A stretch of DNA of 63,441 nt, filler included, from Cercozoa sp. M6MM (lineage: Eukaryota; Protista; Endomyxa: Ascetosporea), in assembly GCA_040357565.1 (NCBI GenBank). It is 9 parts of 9 records of this genome, joined end to end, with 100 filler letters (N's around TTAATTAATTAA, not from the genome) between each part and the next. Parts side by side here need not be neighbours in the genome. Positions count along the whole stretch, not along the records: positions 1 to 18,807 come from JBDODJ010000225.1; 8 more parts are not named here. One strand, 5' to 3'. Position 1 is the first letter of the stretch, and every line of letters begins with the position of its first letter. A model generated the notes under the pieces. That model worked only from the letters and a program-made list of their open reading frames with translations, had not been told where the DNA came from and ran no database searches. Shown here piece by piece: positions 1-18,022 of the stretch. A program made the translations under genes and the position numbers.

Positions 1-51
<51 letters not shown>

Positions 52-69
52 CAGAGATGAAAACACCTT

Positions 70-4283
<4,214 letters not shown>

Positions 4284-4694
4284 GGCCTGTGGCAACACAC
4301 ATGCACGTTGTCGCGGTGAACACAGGTTCGAGCGAGCAGAAAAACACTGGCCGAGCACAGAAAAAAACACAACTTACGACTTTGCCAGTTTCTCAAAGGC
4401 TGGCTTAGCTTGTCTTGTGCACTACACTTGATGCCTACACGACAATGCAGTCCACAGCAAAGCAAAGTGCCGCGATCACACCGCGTGCCGGCTTGCAGCG
4501 TACCCTTAATCCGATTCGGGCTACGGTGGCTGACGGTATAATAATTTCTGAGCTGCTCTATTCTACTACTGCAGTCACTAACGTGACAGGTCCGGCTTAG
4601 GTCTCTCAGTACAAAAACGAAAGAAAGGAAACTTCGAACAAAAATCAGTGCAAAAGCACGTTTGGACCAAGCCGAGCCTGACAGGTGTGTCGAC

Positions 4695-5531
4695 TTAGTG
4701 GAACGCGTACATGGCCGTGAACTCTGCAAGAACAGGGAGCGTAGACAACCATCTTGATACGGGCAAGCAGGAGGCAGGGCAATGTACTCGAGTGCGTCGA
4801 GTAGTGCATGTAGATGAGGCCGAACGTGACGACCCACGGCACGTAGGCCTTCCACGAGAACATCTGGCCGCTACACAAGCAAGCACACGTTGGTTCCTCG
4901 TGCCACCGGAAGTGAACACCGGAAGTGAACACCGGAAGTGAACACCAGAAGTGGTGAACAAAGGAAGTGAACACAAGACAAGAAAGCGTACTAGTGGTAG
5001 CGCAGCGTGATTTTGGCCGTCAGGTACTCCCAGCGGTTGAGGATGTAGTCCTGTGTAAACATAGCACACACAAACGCAAATTGGAACAGCGGCAAAACCA
5101 CTCAAATCCGAGAATGCTGGGTGTTACCTTCTCGGTGAAGAAGTTGCGCCAGTTGAGCTGGTGGATCGGCGTGTTGAACATCGTCTTGCGGTAGCCTGAG
5201 ACTCACGCACATCAAAGGATAAAAGCACCCACTACATGCAGGATAAGGCGACATACCAAGGGCGTTGAACTGCACCCAGCTCGGCACCGGATAGGTCAAC
5301 TTCGGCGCCTTCTGCTCACACAGATTGGAGAATACACTGCCAAAAATCACAAAAGCAAGCAACACATCGCGTCAAAAGCAACAATCAAAACAGCGTGCAG
5401 CACGGCAAATCAAAGGAGTCACAAGTCGAACAGCACACATGGCACAAGAGAAGAGCACAACGCACCTGGTGCATGCCCGTTTCCAGGTAGCTCAGCAGCT
5501 GCGTGCGGAAGTACTTCTGCGCCTTGGACAT
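4695..5531 (-). CDS. Small (~119 aa) single-TM protein, possibly mitochondrial ATP synthase subunit f-like
   Basis: Six exons splice to MSKAQKYF...MFNTPIHQLNWRNFFTEK|DYILNRWEYLTAKITLRYHY|GQMFSWKAYVPWVVTFGLIYMHYSTHS|KFTAMYAFH*. The gene model is solid. The subunit-f call rests only on size, an aromatic-rich stretch, one C-terminal TM and a terminal ..YxxH. Confidence 0.4.
4905..4974. repeat. Intronic 13-bp minisatellite (CCGGAAGTGAACA)x3 plus 2 degenerate units
   Basis: Directly visible tandem units. Confidence 0.9.
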
Positions 5532-5932
5532 CTTGACTGTGTGTTCACCAAACCACGCCAGAGAGCACTAGTGCTGCGTCTTGTGCGCGTCCCTCAAATA
5601 AACTGATCCAAGCCTGTGTCCGATCAACCTTGCTTTGGGAATTTTTGAGCTCATCGGCTCCAACATTTCTTACAGTAACCAAAAGCGAGACTGCTGCTGT
5701 GTGGACGCGTGCTGACATCCTATTAATCGTGCTGGAGTGGGAAATGAGATTTGAAGTGTTTCAGAATTCAGTAACGAGCGAAGAGTCGCTTGGCGAATTC
5801 ACGTGCGTTTTGCGATATTTTGTTGAGGAAGATGATTATTCGGTCACACAGAGTGAACGTGAAGGACGCAGTCGTCGAATTTGCTGGCGAGAATGCGTTT
5901 GAGCTGACGTTCAAGCAAATTATGGTATTTTG

Positions 5933-6384
5933 CTAATGTCTCTCGAGGTCAGTGATAACTTCATTCAGTGCAGATGCACGCAACGTGCTCCGACGACAGT
6001 GTGAGTGCCGAGCGATGTATTTTGCTGCACGTTGACGAACCAGCACCTGCCTCGATGCTGGTGTGTTTTTTCTTTGCCAGTTTTTGGGCTTTCAGTTTAT
6101 TGTGATTTTCAACCTGACCGCAGTGGCTCGTTCCGAAAGAAGACGCGCAAGTTGACGAACTCTTCGCTTTGCTCAAGTATGTTTGTGCTGCTTAAGTATG
6201 TGTCGATGCTCGGGTGAATTAAAATAGGGAGGGTGCCGAGCGCAACCCCGACCCCGAGGATGAAGAGGAGGCCGGCGACGCGTTTGGCGATTTCGAGGGT
6301 GCGCAAGTCTACGACCCGCAGACAGAGGTGCCTTTGCTGCTGCTTTTTCGGGAGAACACTGTGCACGGAGTCTCCAATTTGCAT
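5933..6384 (-). CDS. Hypothetical small membrane protein (2 exons)
   Basis: ORF 6384 contains the hydrophobic segment VAGLLFILGVGVALGTLPILI. A phase-1 intron joins it to ASRQVLVRQRAAKYIARH...ITDLERH* (TAG 5933-5935). Confidence 0.45.
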
Positions 6385-6600
6385 AGGGCTCTCTGCGACG
6401 GCCGCAGGAGGAGAGTCTGCCGACCGAGGAAGAGCGTGCGGCCGCCATTGCGCACCTGGAGGCGTGCCTCGAGATTCCGCCCGAGATCGCGGCTCAACTT
6501 AACGCTTCCGCGGCCACTCCGGCTCCGTCCAAGTAGGCGATATACAGTCGAGTTGTCCGTTTGCTAGGTAGTGCTGCGTGCGCAGTACTGTACGTATGCC

Positions 6601-6970
6601 TGTTACTGTGGCCCATTGGCCGAATTTTTGGTACTAGAACGGAAAGGAGTAAAGCAGTTGTTAAGTCGTCACTCGAGACAACGTTGAAATTGGAGACGAA
6701 ATACCCACTAAGTCTCAAGGAGATCCCACCGGATTTCGACCGAAGGGAGCCGTCCTTAATCGTAGTCAAGAAAAACTCCGTCTGTGAACACACACGACGA
6801 AGTGAGTGGAATGGAAAAAGCCAATGAGCAACTGGCCAGGCTGAAACCGTGGCGGAGCTTTCTGCTTCTCTGCGAGGACTTGTAATACCGATAACGCGCT
6901 GTACACTGTACAGTGGTAACTGGAGCTTTGTACCTACCAGTATCGTATAGTTGCTGTAGAAATGTGCAGC
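6601..6970. mobile_element. Degenerate solo-LTR-like dispersed repeat, copy 1
   Basis: Starts TGTTACTG, aligns along its length with 18023-18499 (best over 6771-6880) and shares the GAAATGTGCAG sub-terminal motif. Confidence 0.6.
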
Positions 6971-7153
6971 GCGTACAGTACTGTAGCTACGCGACGATAC
7001 AGGAATACAGACCATAACTGAACGACGCGTTGCGGAGGGGTTAACTTAATGAACAAGCTTCATGCACTGCGGTGGCAGACGGGGAGGATAATCTAAATTT
7101 AGAGAGAGTGTGTGTGTGTGTGTGTGTGTGGCCGAGGCAGGAGGATCAGACGA

Positions 7154-7957
7154 TCAGTAAGCGTTGTGGTGCTTTGGCTGCTGGTAGCCATGCCCGCCGT
7201 AGCCATGAGCGTGACCGCAGGAGCCTTTCGCGCACTCCATGAGCAGGTCCTTGCAGTCACACTTTCCGTGGTAGCCCTTGCCACAACCTTGCGGCCACAC
7301 GAAGGCACACTTTGCCTTGTAGTCGTCCAGGTAGTGTCCGTTCGCAAACTACACACATATGCGTGTAATGACAGGGCGTAACGATACAGGGGGAGCAGAG
7401 AGGGTACCTGGTGCTGCTTGCCCGAGTAGTCACCGCACTCCACAGCGTACTTACCCAGTTCCAACGGACGACAGACATGGTTTCCGTAGCTCCCGCCGTA
7501 GGTGTTGTCGTACTTGGGCGGCGCTGGGTGTGCGTACTTGTGACCGTAACTGCGCTCGTGGTGCTTCTTGTAGCCATGCTTTCTGGGCTACACTCAAAAC
7601 ATAACACTCGTGTGTTTGCATACAAATCTGCTAGGTTTACTGTACCTTCTTCTTCTTGCCGTACTTGGACTTCTTGTGCCTCTTGGGTGCTTTGTGTTTC
7701 TTGCCGTAGGAGCGATCGTCAGACTTGTAGCTGTCCGAGTGCTCGTGTCCGCCGTGGTACCAGTTTCTCTCCGAGTCGGAACAAGAGTCGCTATCGCTCT
7801 TGGCCACGTGATGACCTTTGAAGGAGTCGCCAAAGTGCCCGTGGGAGTGTTTGAGGCCGTATGCGCTCGCGAGACAGCAAATCTACTCCAAAACCAGGCA
7901 ATTCAAGCACTGAAGGTAAATTAAGTTACACACACACTTTCGTACCAAAAGTTTCAT
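7154..7957 (-). CDS. Secreted His/Lys/Tyr/Gly-rich protein with Cys-rich C-terminal module (4 exons)
   Basis: MKLL|ICCLASAYGLKHSHGHFGDSFKGHHVAK...GKKHKAPKRHKKSKYGKKK|PRKHGYKKHHERSYGHKY...VCRPLELGKYAVECGDYSGKQHQ|FANGHYLDDYKAKCAFVWPQGCGKGYHGKCDCKDLLMECAKGSCGHAHGYGGHGYQQPKHHNAY*. All three introns are phase 0 GT-AG and the frame stays open throughout. Confidence 0.8.
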
Positions 7958-8511
7958 TCTCCGGTGTCAGTTTTCAGTCCTTTTTCACTTTAAGTGGTTT
8001 GTCACCGATGCGACTGATTTAGCGTGCTTCTGAAGGGCGTAATCAAAAAACAAAGTATGGTAGAAGGACACCTCAGCGAGCTCGGATCGCATTCGGATCC
8101 GAGTTTCTTGAGGTCTTTGACCACTAGGTCCGAAACTTGTACTTTGCCGATGGTCGTTGACACTGCAAGCGCAGGAACTGCTACCGTGGCAAGCAACTGA
8201 GCGACCACGAAGCAGCAAGCACTGGGGCGGGGCATGAGAGTGCATACCCACAAGGGTCTGCCTGTTTTTCATTTTTATTATGTTAAATTTCGGACGGGGG
8301 GTTGCGCATACAGGAAACTGAACCAAAAATCCATTCGCTTAGCTACAACAAGTCGCTTGTCAGGGCTGGAGTCCGTACGTGCCAATCTAGATCCGGATCT
8401 GAACTCGACCGACCGGCAGTTTCCCATCCGCGCGGAAGCATAGTCGCCACAATGACCACCAACCCACGATAAAGCACGCTAGTTCGCAAGTTCGCAACCT
8501 CTACAGTAGAG

Positions 8512-10765
8512 ATGGGTTTCTCCCACTCGAGGCCGTCTCGGGATGGCTCAAGCCAGAAACCACCGCGTGCATCGTTTCTTCCAATGCGTCGCGGAAAGTC
8601 GAAGAGCGAAGTTACCTCGACGGAGCCGCAAGTGTTCAACATCGGTGTCTACGGTCTTGAAAAGAGCGGAAAGTCGCTCTTAATTGATCGTGTGATCACT
8701 TCCCAAGCGCGTCTCACACACGGAATGCCAAAGCAACGCGAGATTAAGTTGCCTTGGCGCAAATGCCGCGAAGTAGAAATCACAGCTGCCTTGCAGACCT
8801 TTCGCTTGCGCTTTCACGACATGAAAACGGACTTGGCCGCAAAGAGACGCTGGAGTCACTCGTTTGCAGACATGCACGTGTTTGTCGTTGTTGCAGATGG
8901 AAGCGTCAAGGACGAAGAGCGCTGGTTGGAAGCAGCCAACATGTTGCACTTCGTGGTGCGGCACCCTTACAACCGCGATAAAACTTTCGGCATCGCAGTG
9001 ACTCACGGAAACGATGCTGCCTGCGCAAGTCGGGACGAGCTGCACAACCTGCTCGCCGTAGAAAGCATCAAGATTGCGCCAATTGACCTCGTTTTCGAGA
9101 AGATCGATCTCGAAGACACTCGCAGCGCACCTGACGTGGCGTGGCGCTTCTTCTCGCCCCTGATTATGGAGTGCGCGAAACGTTGGGCGACAGTCGAAAA
9201 GCGAGTCGAAATCGACCGAGAACTGCGTCGCACAGGACGCGAGTTCAGTTTTTCGGTCCGAAACCCGCTCGTGCCGCCCGAAGAAGAATGCGAGCTGCTG
9301 GAAGTGGCGAGAGAAATGCAGCGCGAGGCACGAGCACGTGTGTCGCTGCGAATGAGCGTGGGAGTGTCGGAGTCGATGTCAGGAACCGAAATCGACGTGG
9401 ACGACGATCTGATGGACGATGCAGACCGACTGACGGAGGAAGAGATCGCCATGCTTCGGTCGCGAGCACACCTGCGGCGTCAGTTCTCGCGCGCTATGGC
9501 AGAACGTGCCGCGGAGGGAACTTCCTCTCTGGAGATGTCGGCAGCGAGTGGAGCCAGCAAGATTGAGAAGATCATCGGGCACCGCGGCGAGAAGATCGAG
9601 TACGTGCGCAAGTACCACAAGGCACTGCGACAGGTCGGAGCAGCACCGATGGATATCGAAGCCGTTGATTTGGGTCCTCTGGACCGGCGTCACTTCAAGT
9701 ACCGCGTGCTGATCGTGCCGCAGATGGACAAAACCAGTGAGAAGGCCAAAGTCGTCGACGAGAAGGAACTCGAGCGACAGCGCACTCTTCTCCGCGAGAA
9801 GCTCAAGAAACGACAGGCCGCTGCGCACTTTGACATTCATCAGAGCAAGCAAGAGAAGATCATGGGCGCCACCAATGTGAAACTAGAGTACTTCAATCGC
9901 TATGCCAAGAGTTTGCGCATGCTTGGGGAAGATGCCGACACTGTGGGCTCCGACGAGTTGGGACCGCTGTCGCGGGCCATCTTCGTGGCCGAGGAGAAGA
10001 AGCGACTGGAGATGCAGCAGCAACACCAAGAGAAAATGAAACAGCAGGCCGAGCGAAAGGAGGTATCGGCGTCTCTTCGCGGCAGCATGGTCATGTCGAT
10101 GCAGGATCCCGAACGCATTCGACTGCTCGGCCTGACGTCGGAAGAACTCGCGACCGCCAAGGGCGCTACGAAGAAGGAGCGCGTGATGGGAGCGCATGAG
10201 GAGAAGATGGACTACTTGACGCGCTATCGAAAGGTACTAAAGATCCTCGGCGTCGACCCGGACTCGATCAGTGTCACAGAGCTCGGCTCGCTGTCCCGCA
10301 TGAGCTTCGCATGGATGCCGTCGCGCAGTGGTCTCGGCGAGAGGATCATAGACGACGTGCAAGAGCTGCAGAAGGAAGGCTTTAAAACCAAGGAGGAGAA
10401 GATGCTCGGCTACAGCACCGATGAAGTCGCCTTCTTTGGTCGCTTCTTCAAGTTGATGCGCGTGCTGGGCGAAATGCCCGACATGATTCCCATTCCCATG
10501 TCGGTGATTGAACGGGTAACACTTTCTGTTCATTTCTTGTACTTTCTCTGCTCTAGCTAGCTACCCGACACCAATTTAGTTCGCCGAGAAAGAGAAGGAG
10601 CGCACCTCGATCCTGGCGGCTAATCGCGAAGTACTCGCCACTGAAAGCGAAATGGTCGACGACACCGACATGCTCATGAAACGCAGCTCTGTTGTCTCGA
10701 TGTCGGCAGAGCCCTCTGCAGTGCAACTCCACGCTGCTGAAGCTGGCGACGCATCGCACCAGTGA
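8512..10765 (+). CDS. ARL13-like (Arf family) degenerate GTPase with coiled coil and four ~47-aa C-terminal repeats
   Basis: P-loop GLEKSGKS; VFVVVADGS..DEERWLEA...VRHP..RDK resembles ARL13 IFVVDSSDEERMEE...LRHP; post-G-domain helix LIMECAKRWATVEKRV. One intron (10516-10579), then last exon FAEKEKERTS...DASHQ*. Confidence 0.75.
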
Positions 10766-11602
10766 TTTCGTTTGAAGCAACCGCGACGCTCGGCCGACTT
10801 GGAAGGGCGAGGTACCAGACTGTACTGGGAGCGGCTTTTTACTGTATCTGAATCAACAGCTAAATTATTCGGGTGGTGAAGACACAATAAATTTAGGTCT
10901 GGTCTGCTGCCATCGTCTGCCGATATGAGAAACATCGGAACCGGGGCACAGTAAAGGTGCCGTGCCATTTCACTGCTGTCCTACCGGTAGTACCGTAATA
11001 CTCGTAATACTGAACTACCGCATGGTAAATTTTAATTTACTTTGATAGTTGACCGGATCAACGCCGATAGTTCAAGTTTTCCCCAGTGTTGCACTAGATG
11101 GACTAAATTTAAATCGTTTGTTGGCAACGAAAAATGAGTTTCTGTTTTTATGTACCTACCGCATTCGATTGTCGCACGGTCAGTCCTGGGCGGGAGAGGG
11201 GGTTACATTATTCGAAACTGAAGCGTGGCACTATCCCACCCTCCGCTTCGATCGAGTATTGGCGTGATCTGTCGCGTCCGTCATCTTTCTTAAAATTCCC
11301 TCGGTATCCCGTGCGGTACATGCATACGATAGAAGCAAGCCGTGCGACGGTACAGTACAAGCAAGCGAAACTAAAACAAAATAAAGAGGCGCGTTTTCGT
11401 TTCACGTAACGCAGTCGCGACCGGGGGGCGCAGCGGACGGCTTTTGCTCGATCGTGCAGTACCGTCACAGCGCGTCGTCGGGCGCGCATTTGCAATGCAA
11501 TAATTCCGGAAAGACGAAAAGACGTGACAAACAAGGGCGGGGGAGGACAACAACAACAAAACGGGGACAGGTATGGACAGTGGGATGCGTGCGCACACAG
11601 TC

Positions 11603-13648
<2,046 letters not shown>

Positions 13649-14117
13649 ACTGCTTTTTCGAACTGTGAGACGCTGCTCGAGTGCCCTGGAACAGTTGGTA
13701 TTGCACAGGCTCACACGTGCGGGAAATCAACGAGTGCGAGAGCGAGCACAAGTCGAGTTGGGCAGAAACACCTGCCTTGGGTCAAAACAACGCGGCCGTG
13801 AGACGTCAGAATGCCTCAGAAGTGGATTTTGCCTTGGCGATCTACACTGCTAGCACACCTCCGCCATCTAGAATGCAGTACGTCCCCAGACAGCGCTGCA
13901 CCGACCCGTCCAACATTGACCATTCAGGATCAAACTGGACCATGCTGCGGCTCGCTTGCACTACTGATTACTAAAGCTGTTAGATCTATGGGGTCCGTGT
14001 GTGCTTTAAATTTATAGAGTTGCCTGAATGCGGCGGTTGAGCGTAGCTCGCGCGAATGCGCGGGCGATCTCTCAGCGGCTCCAGGAATTCCACCTGCCTG
14101 GCAGGCCCTTGCCCGCA

Positions 14118-17100
14118 ATGTCAGAGAGCTTCGACTCGAACTGGCGATCTATACTCAACGTTCCGCCTAGCGATCTGGTAGGACCTTACCGTGTGCTTTC
14201 ATTTGCGATTTTCAGTTTTGCGCGCAGTTACGCGAAAAGTCGAAATTTGTGAGTCCAGTCGAAGACGCAGCTTGGCAAAGTAGAACGCCTCAAGATTTTG
14301 CAGAATATGTGGTAAGCTAATGCATTGTGCAAGTTTCGTCGATTTGACTGCTCAAAATAAAAGCGGTGTGACCTGCAGAAAACCTGTCCGAGAAACGCTC
14401 AATTCGACAGCGACGATCTGGCTGATATTTTAAAGCTTTGCCGTCATATTTGCTCTGAAGCCTGGGTATTTAAGTCATCAGAAGGAAGAGGAAAATTCAA
14501 CTATGGCCGCATGCCTTGTAGGACTGGGCCGTCTGGCACGACTCCGCACTGCCAGCAGCGGAGTTTCGCTCGTTGCTGGTCAAGGTTCGACTGCCGCCGG
14601 ATGCCGTGCTTCGCGCGCTGCTGGATCACGATATCACCGCCGGTTTCAAGTTTTCTGCTTCTTTTTGTGCTTGTGGCTTGCTTTAGTGCATTTGTACCTG
14701 TAGCCCCTTTTCCAGTTGTGCAACTTTTTTGCTTTTCGAATCAGTTTTTTTGGTTTTCGGGTCAGTTTTTTGGTTTTCTTGTGTGTTTTCGAGCTCTTTT
14801 GTTCTATGCGTTTTCAAGTCAGTTTATTTTGGTTGCTGGTACAGGCGCGAGGCCTATGGAGATGGCAGCGTCGTTTTTTGTGGCGATGAGTCGCTTGTCG
14901 AAACGCAAAAATATCGAGGACGAGTATCTCGTCATGTGGCTTAAAACGTGGGACGAAGATTCCGCGTTGACACACTTTAACAACTTTGCGCTCTTCTACG
15001 GCGTGCGTGCTTTGCGAGAAATTGACTGGACTCGCGTCAGTTTGCTTAATTCATTCCTCTCCTTTGCGTTTGCTTTCGCTTGAACAAAGTGAGAGTTTGC
15101 TTGTTTGCACAGCTCGCTTCGTGGCTGAGTGAGAAGTTTGACCTGTCGAAACGCACGCATGTGGACTTGCTAAACACGTTGCTGCTGCACGAAGCTGCGC
15201 ACGCGCATCTGAACCGGTAGAGTCCTCGTTAATTTTTGTTCTTTCTGAATGGGTCAGGGTTGCTCTGCAGGTCATGCTACCGAGTGAGCAAGAAACGAGC
15301 GCTGCTGGATCTGCTGAGACTGCTGCAGCGTGACAAGGCCAATCCGGTGCTAGCTTTCGCACGCAAAGGCGAACTCGACAGTTTCGAAGGTCGCGGACGC
15401 AGCCGACTCATTCGCCGGCGTGGACGACCGCTGCACTTGCCGCTTGTGGTCTCTTTGGCCTGTCTCGCGTGCCGCGACATCGCATGTGCCTTGTTCTACC
15501 TTGTTCTACCTTGTTCTACCTTGTGCTACCTTGTGCTACCTTGTGCTACCTTGTGCTACCTTGTTCTACCTTGTGTTTCCTTGATATTGTGAGGCTAACG
15601 ATACACCTCTTGTGTGTGTTTGTCAGCCTTGGGTACAGTGGCACAGGCGACCGAACTGGCCTGCGCGGTCGCTGCTGCCGAAGTCGAGAACAGCGAGGAC
15701 GCCAAGTACGCCGGCGGCTTTTTTGGCCTCGAGTTGCAGACACAGCTGGCTCAAGTCTACCGTCGGCATTTACTTCGCACCGCTCGTAGCTTTTCTTCTT
15801 CTCTAATGTGTTTTCTGTGCGACTGTACAACTGTACAGCTGTGCAACTGTACAACTGTACAACTGTGCAACTGTACAACTATACAACTGACCTGTACAAC
15901 TGTGCAACTTTACAACTGACCTGTACAACTGTACTTGTACACGTGTGTGGTATAGCCCAGGAGAACCACGAAGCACTGCTGGCGGAAGCTGCCACCAGTG
16001 AGTACGTGCGAGAAATGGTGCTGAAGGATTTCGGCAGCGATGAGGCGCCGGCGAAACTGCAGTCGAAACTGGACCGATCGCTGTGGCGAGCACTCGCTGT
16101 TTCTAGTCGCGGATCCGCAGCGACCGACTTTGCCACGGTCGAAAGCTTCAACTCCATGTGCTCGCAGGCGCCCGACAAACGCGTGTCGCTGCTGCTGCGA
16201 TTCCTCGCGAACGACGACGTTCCGCTCAACGCGTTCTACGCCTTTGACAGCACGGAAGCCGAGTGTCCGCAAGTCGAGCACATGGACCAGCGACACCAGC
16301 TGGTGTACTACATTGCGTGTGCATCAGTCGGTCTGCAGCAACGCAACTGGCAGCGTGCGCGCGGCAACTTGAACCTTGCCATCTCGCAACTCGAACTGCT
16401 CACACAAAGCGAGAAGAACGAAGGCTCGAGGTTCCTGAGAGCTGCCTATACTGTTCTTGAAAGCTACACTGCAGGTACCTTTCTCCGTGTTTTCTTTCAT
16501 TGTGTGTGTTCGACTCTTGTGACGTGTGACATCAGTCTTCCGTCGCACCAGTGACGACAAGAAGAATCGCGACGGCACCTTCCACTGGTGTCACCTGCTG
16601 CTGCGAACGAGTGTGCTACAGCTGCAGATCAGGCGTCAGGGTTACCACCTGTGGTCGGATGCCATCAGGGTAGAGCGTTCCAATAAAGAGGGGGAGGCAC
16701 TATCTGATAGATATATATATATATATAAAGTTTATATATATATATGATATGTCGTAGGACGACGTGAGAAAAGTCATGAACAAACTGTCCGAAACACAAG
16801 TGGCACGACTCACTGACAATATCGACGCCTCACTGCAGCATCTGCTGAACGTTCGCTCTGACTGGAGCAGGTCATATCAGTCGCGCGCGGTGTTGGCAGC
16901 TTTCAACACGTTGGCCTCTAATTTGCTTGGGTACAGTTTATCTCACTTAGTCTCTAGCTTAGTTGAGTTGTGATGTGATGTGGTCTGGCTTGACAGATCA
17001 GATTTCTGTGCCGCTCGTTCAATGACGGTGCGTCTGCTGCTGCTGCGTACGCTGGCAGAGGCGCTGCCGCGACTCGAGACGATCAGCGACGGCGTGTTGG

Positions 17101-17603
17101 AGCGCTTCGCGAATGACGCGCCTGTGACCAAGCTGCTGACCGATCTGACGGATTATGTGAACGACCCTTCCTCTGGTTGGCTGTTACTTGCTCTTTCTTG
17201 CTGTTGCCTCACCTAGGGGGCGGGGGTCGAGGGTAGGGTAAGGGAGCGTATGTGCTTGTGTGTGTCTGCAGACCTGCTACAGCGTCTGCTGAGTGAGCAC
17301 CCGATCGGCGGTTTCGACAGTCCGCCGCAACTCGTGCTGCTGGCGCACAGCACGCGCCGCGCGCTGATCAACTTGCGCGAGCGCACGCGCGGAATGGCGC
17401 AGCTTGCCGAACAGCGAGATCTCGCAGAGGCCAAGCAGGTCGAGCAGAAGAAGGAAGTGCTGATGCGACATCGAGTTGAGCACGCCAACACAGCAATAAA
17501 AACAGCAGAAGAAACGACAAGAGAAATGACAGCAGCAAGAGGAATGACAACAACAGCAGCAACCATGGCCAGCGCGAACGTTGTTGACATCGCGGTTGAG
17601 TGA
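14118..17603 (+). CDS. Hypothetical alpha-helical protein (~12 exons; 5' exons uncertain)
   Basis: Phase-consistent GT-AG chain from 14522 to TGA 17603 (e.g. DWAVWHDSALP..., AQENHEALLAEA..., DLLQRLLSEHP...VVDIAVE*). No family recognised. Confidence 0.6.
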
Positions 17604-17634
17604 CGTCGGTTCGCTATCTATTTGTGCGTTAAAT

Positions 17635-17930
17635 TGTTACGGCATAGCGTTTCTCAACCAGTCAAGTACGGTTACTCGTCAGCGCGGACGATCAAATCTA
17701 TACCAGGATGGCTATAAGGATTTGTTTGCTGGGTACTACCTCCATGAGGCTTCTACCTTTCATTGTCGTGTCAAGTATTGTGCAGACCTGACAAGCCTTC
17801 GAGCTTTCGACGACCTTTCTACAAGGGTATGTCTTCTAATCCTCCGCATCGACGCCATTCTTACTGACGGTTTACTCCCTTTATTTAGACGTCTCCAGTA
17901 CCATAGTTATTGGTTTCCATACCGCAAACA
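17635..17930. mobile_element. Solo-LTR-like element (296 bp) with 4-bp target-site duplication
   Basis: TGTTACGG...CCGCAAACA termini (TG..CA), flanked by AAAT on both sides (17631-17634 and 17931-17934). Its reverse complement shows patchy similarity to 6601-6710. Confidence 0.55.
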
Positions 17931-18022
17931 AAATAAACGGGGTCCATTCGTCGCGTGGCACCGTACCCGGACGGTGACAGCGACCGCCCATTTCAGTGTA
18001 CTCCTGTCCGCAGCCACTCGTA

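Noticed and set aside
6820-6850. U4 snRNA (GCCAATGAG) or hammerhead ribozyme
   Set aside because: No U6-pairing regions or Sm site in the right place. The catalytic core deviates (CCAATGA; GAAG in copy 2).
13650-13943. In-frame TGA in a putative upstream kinase exon, suggesting stop-codon reassignment
   Set aside because: The kinase starts at ATG 13648, so this is UTR or intergenic DNA. TGA, TAA and TAG all terminate well-identified genes here and TGG encodes the conserved Trp residues.
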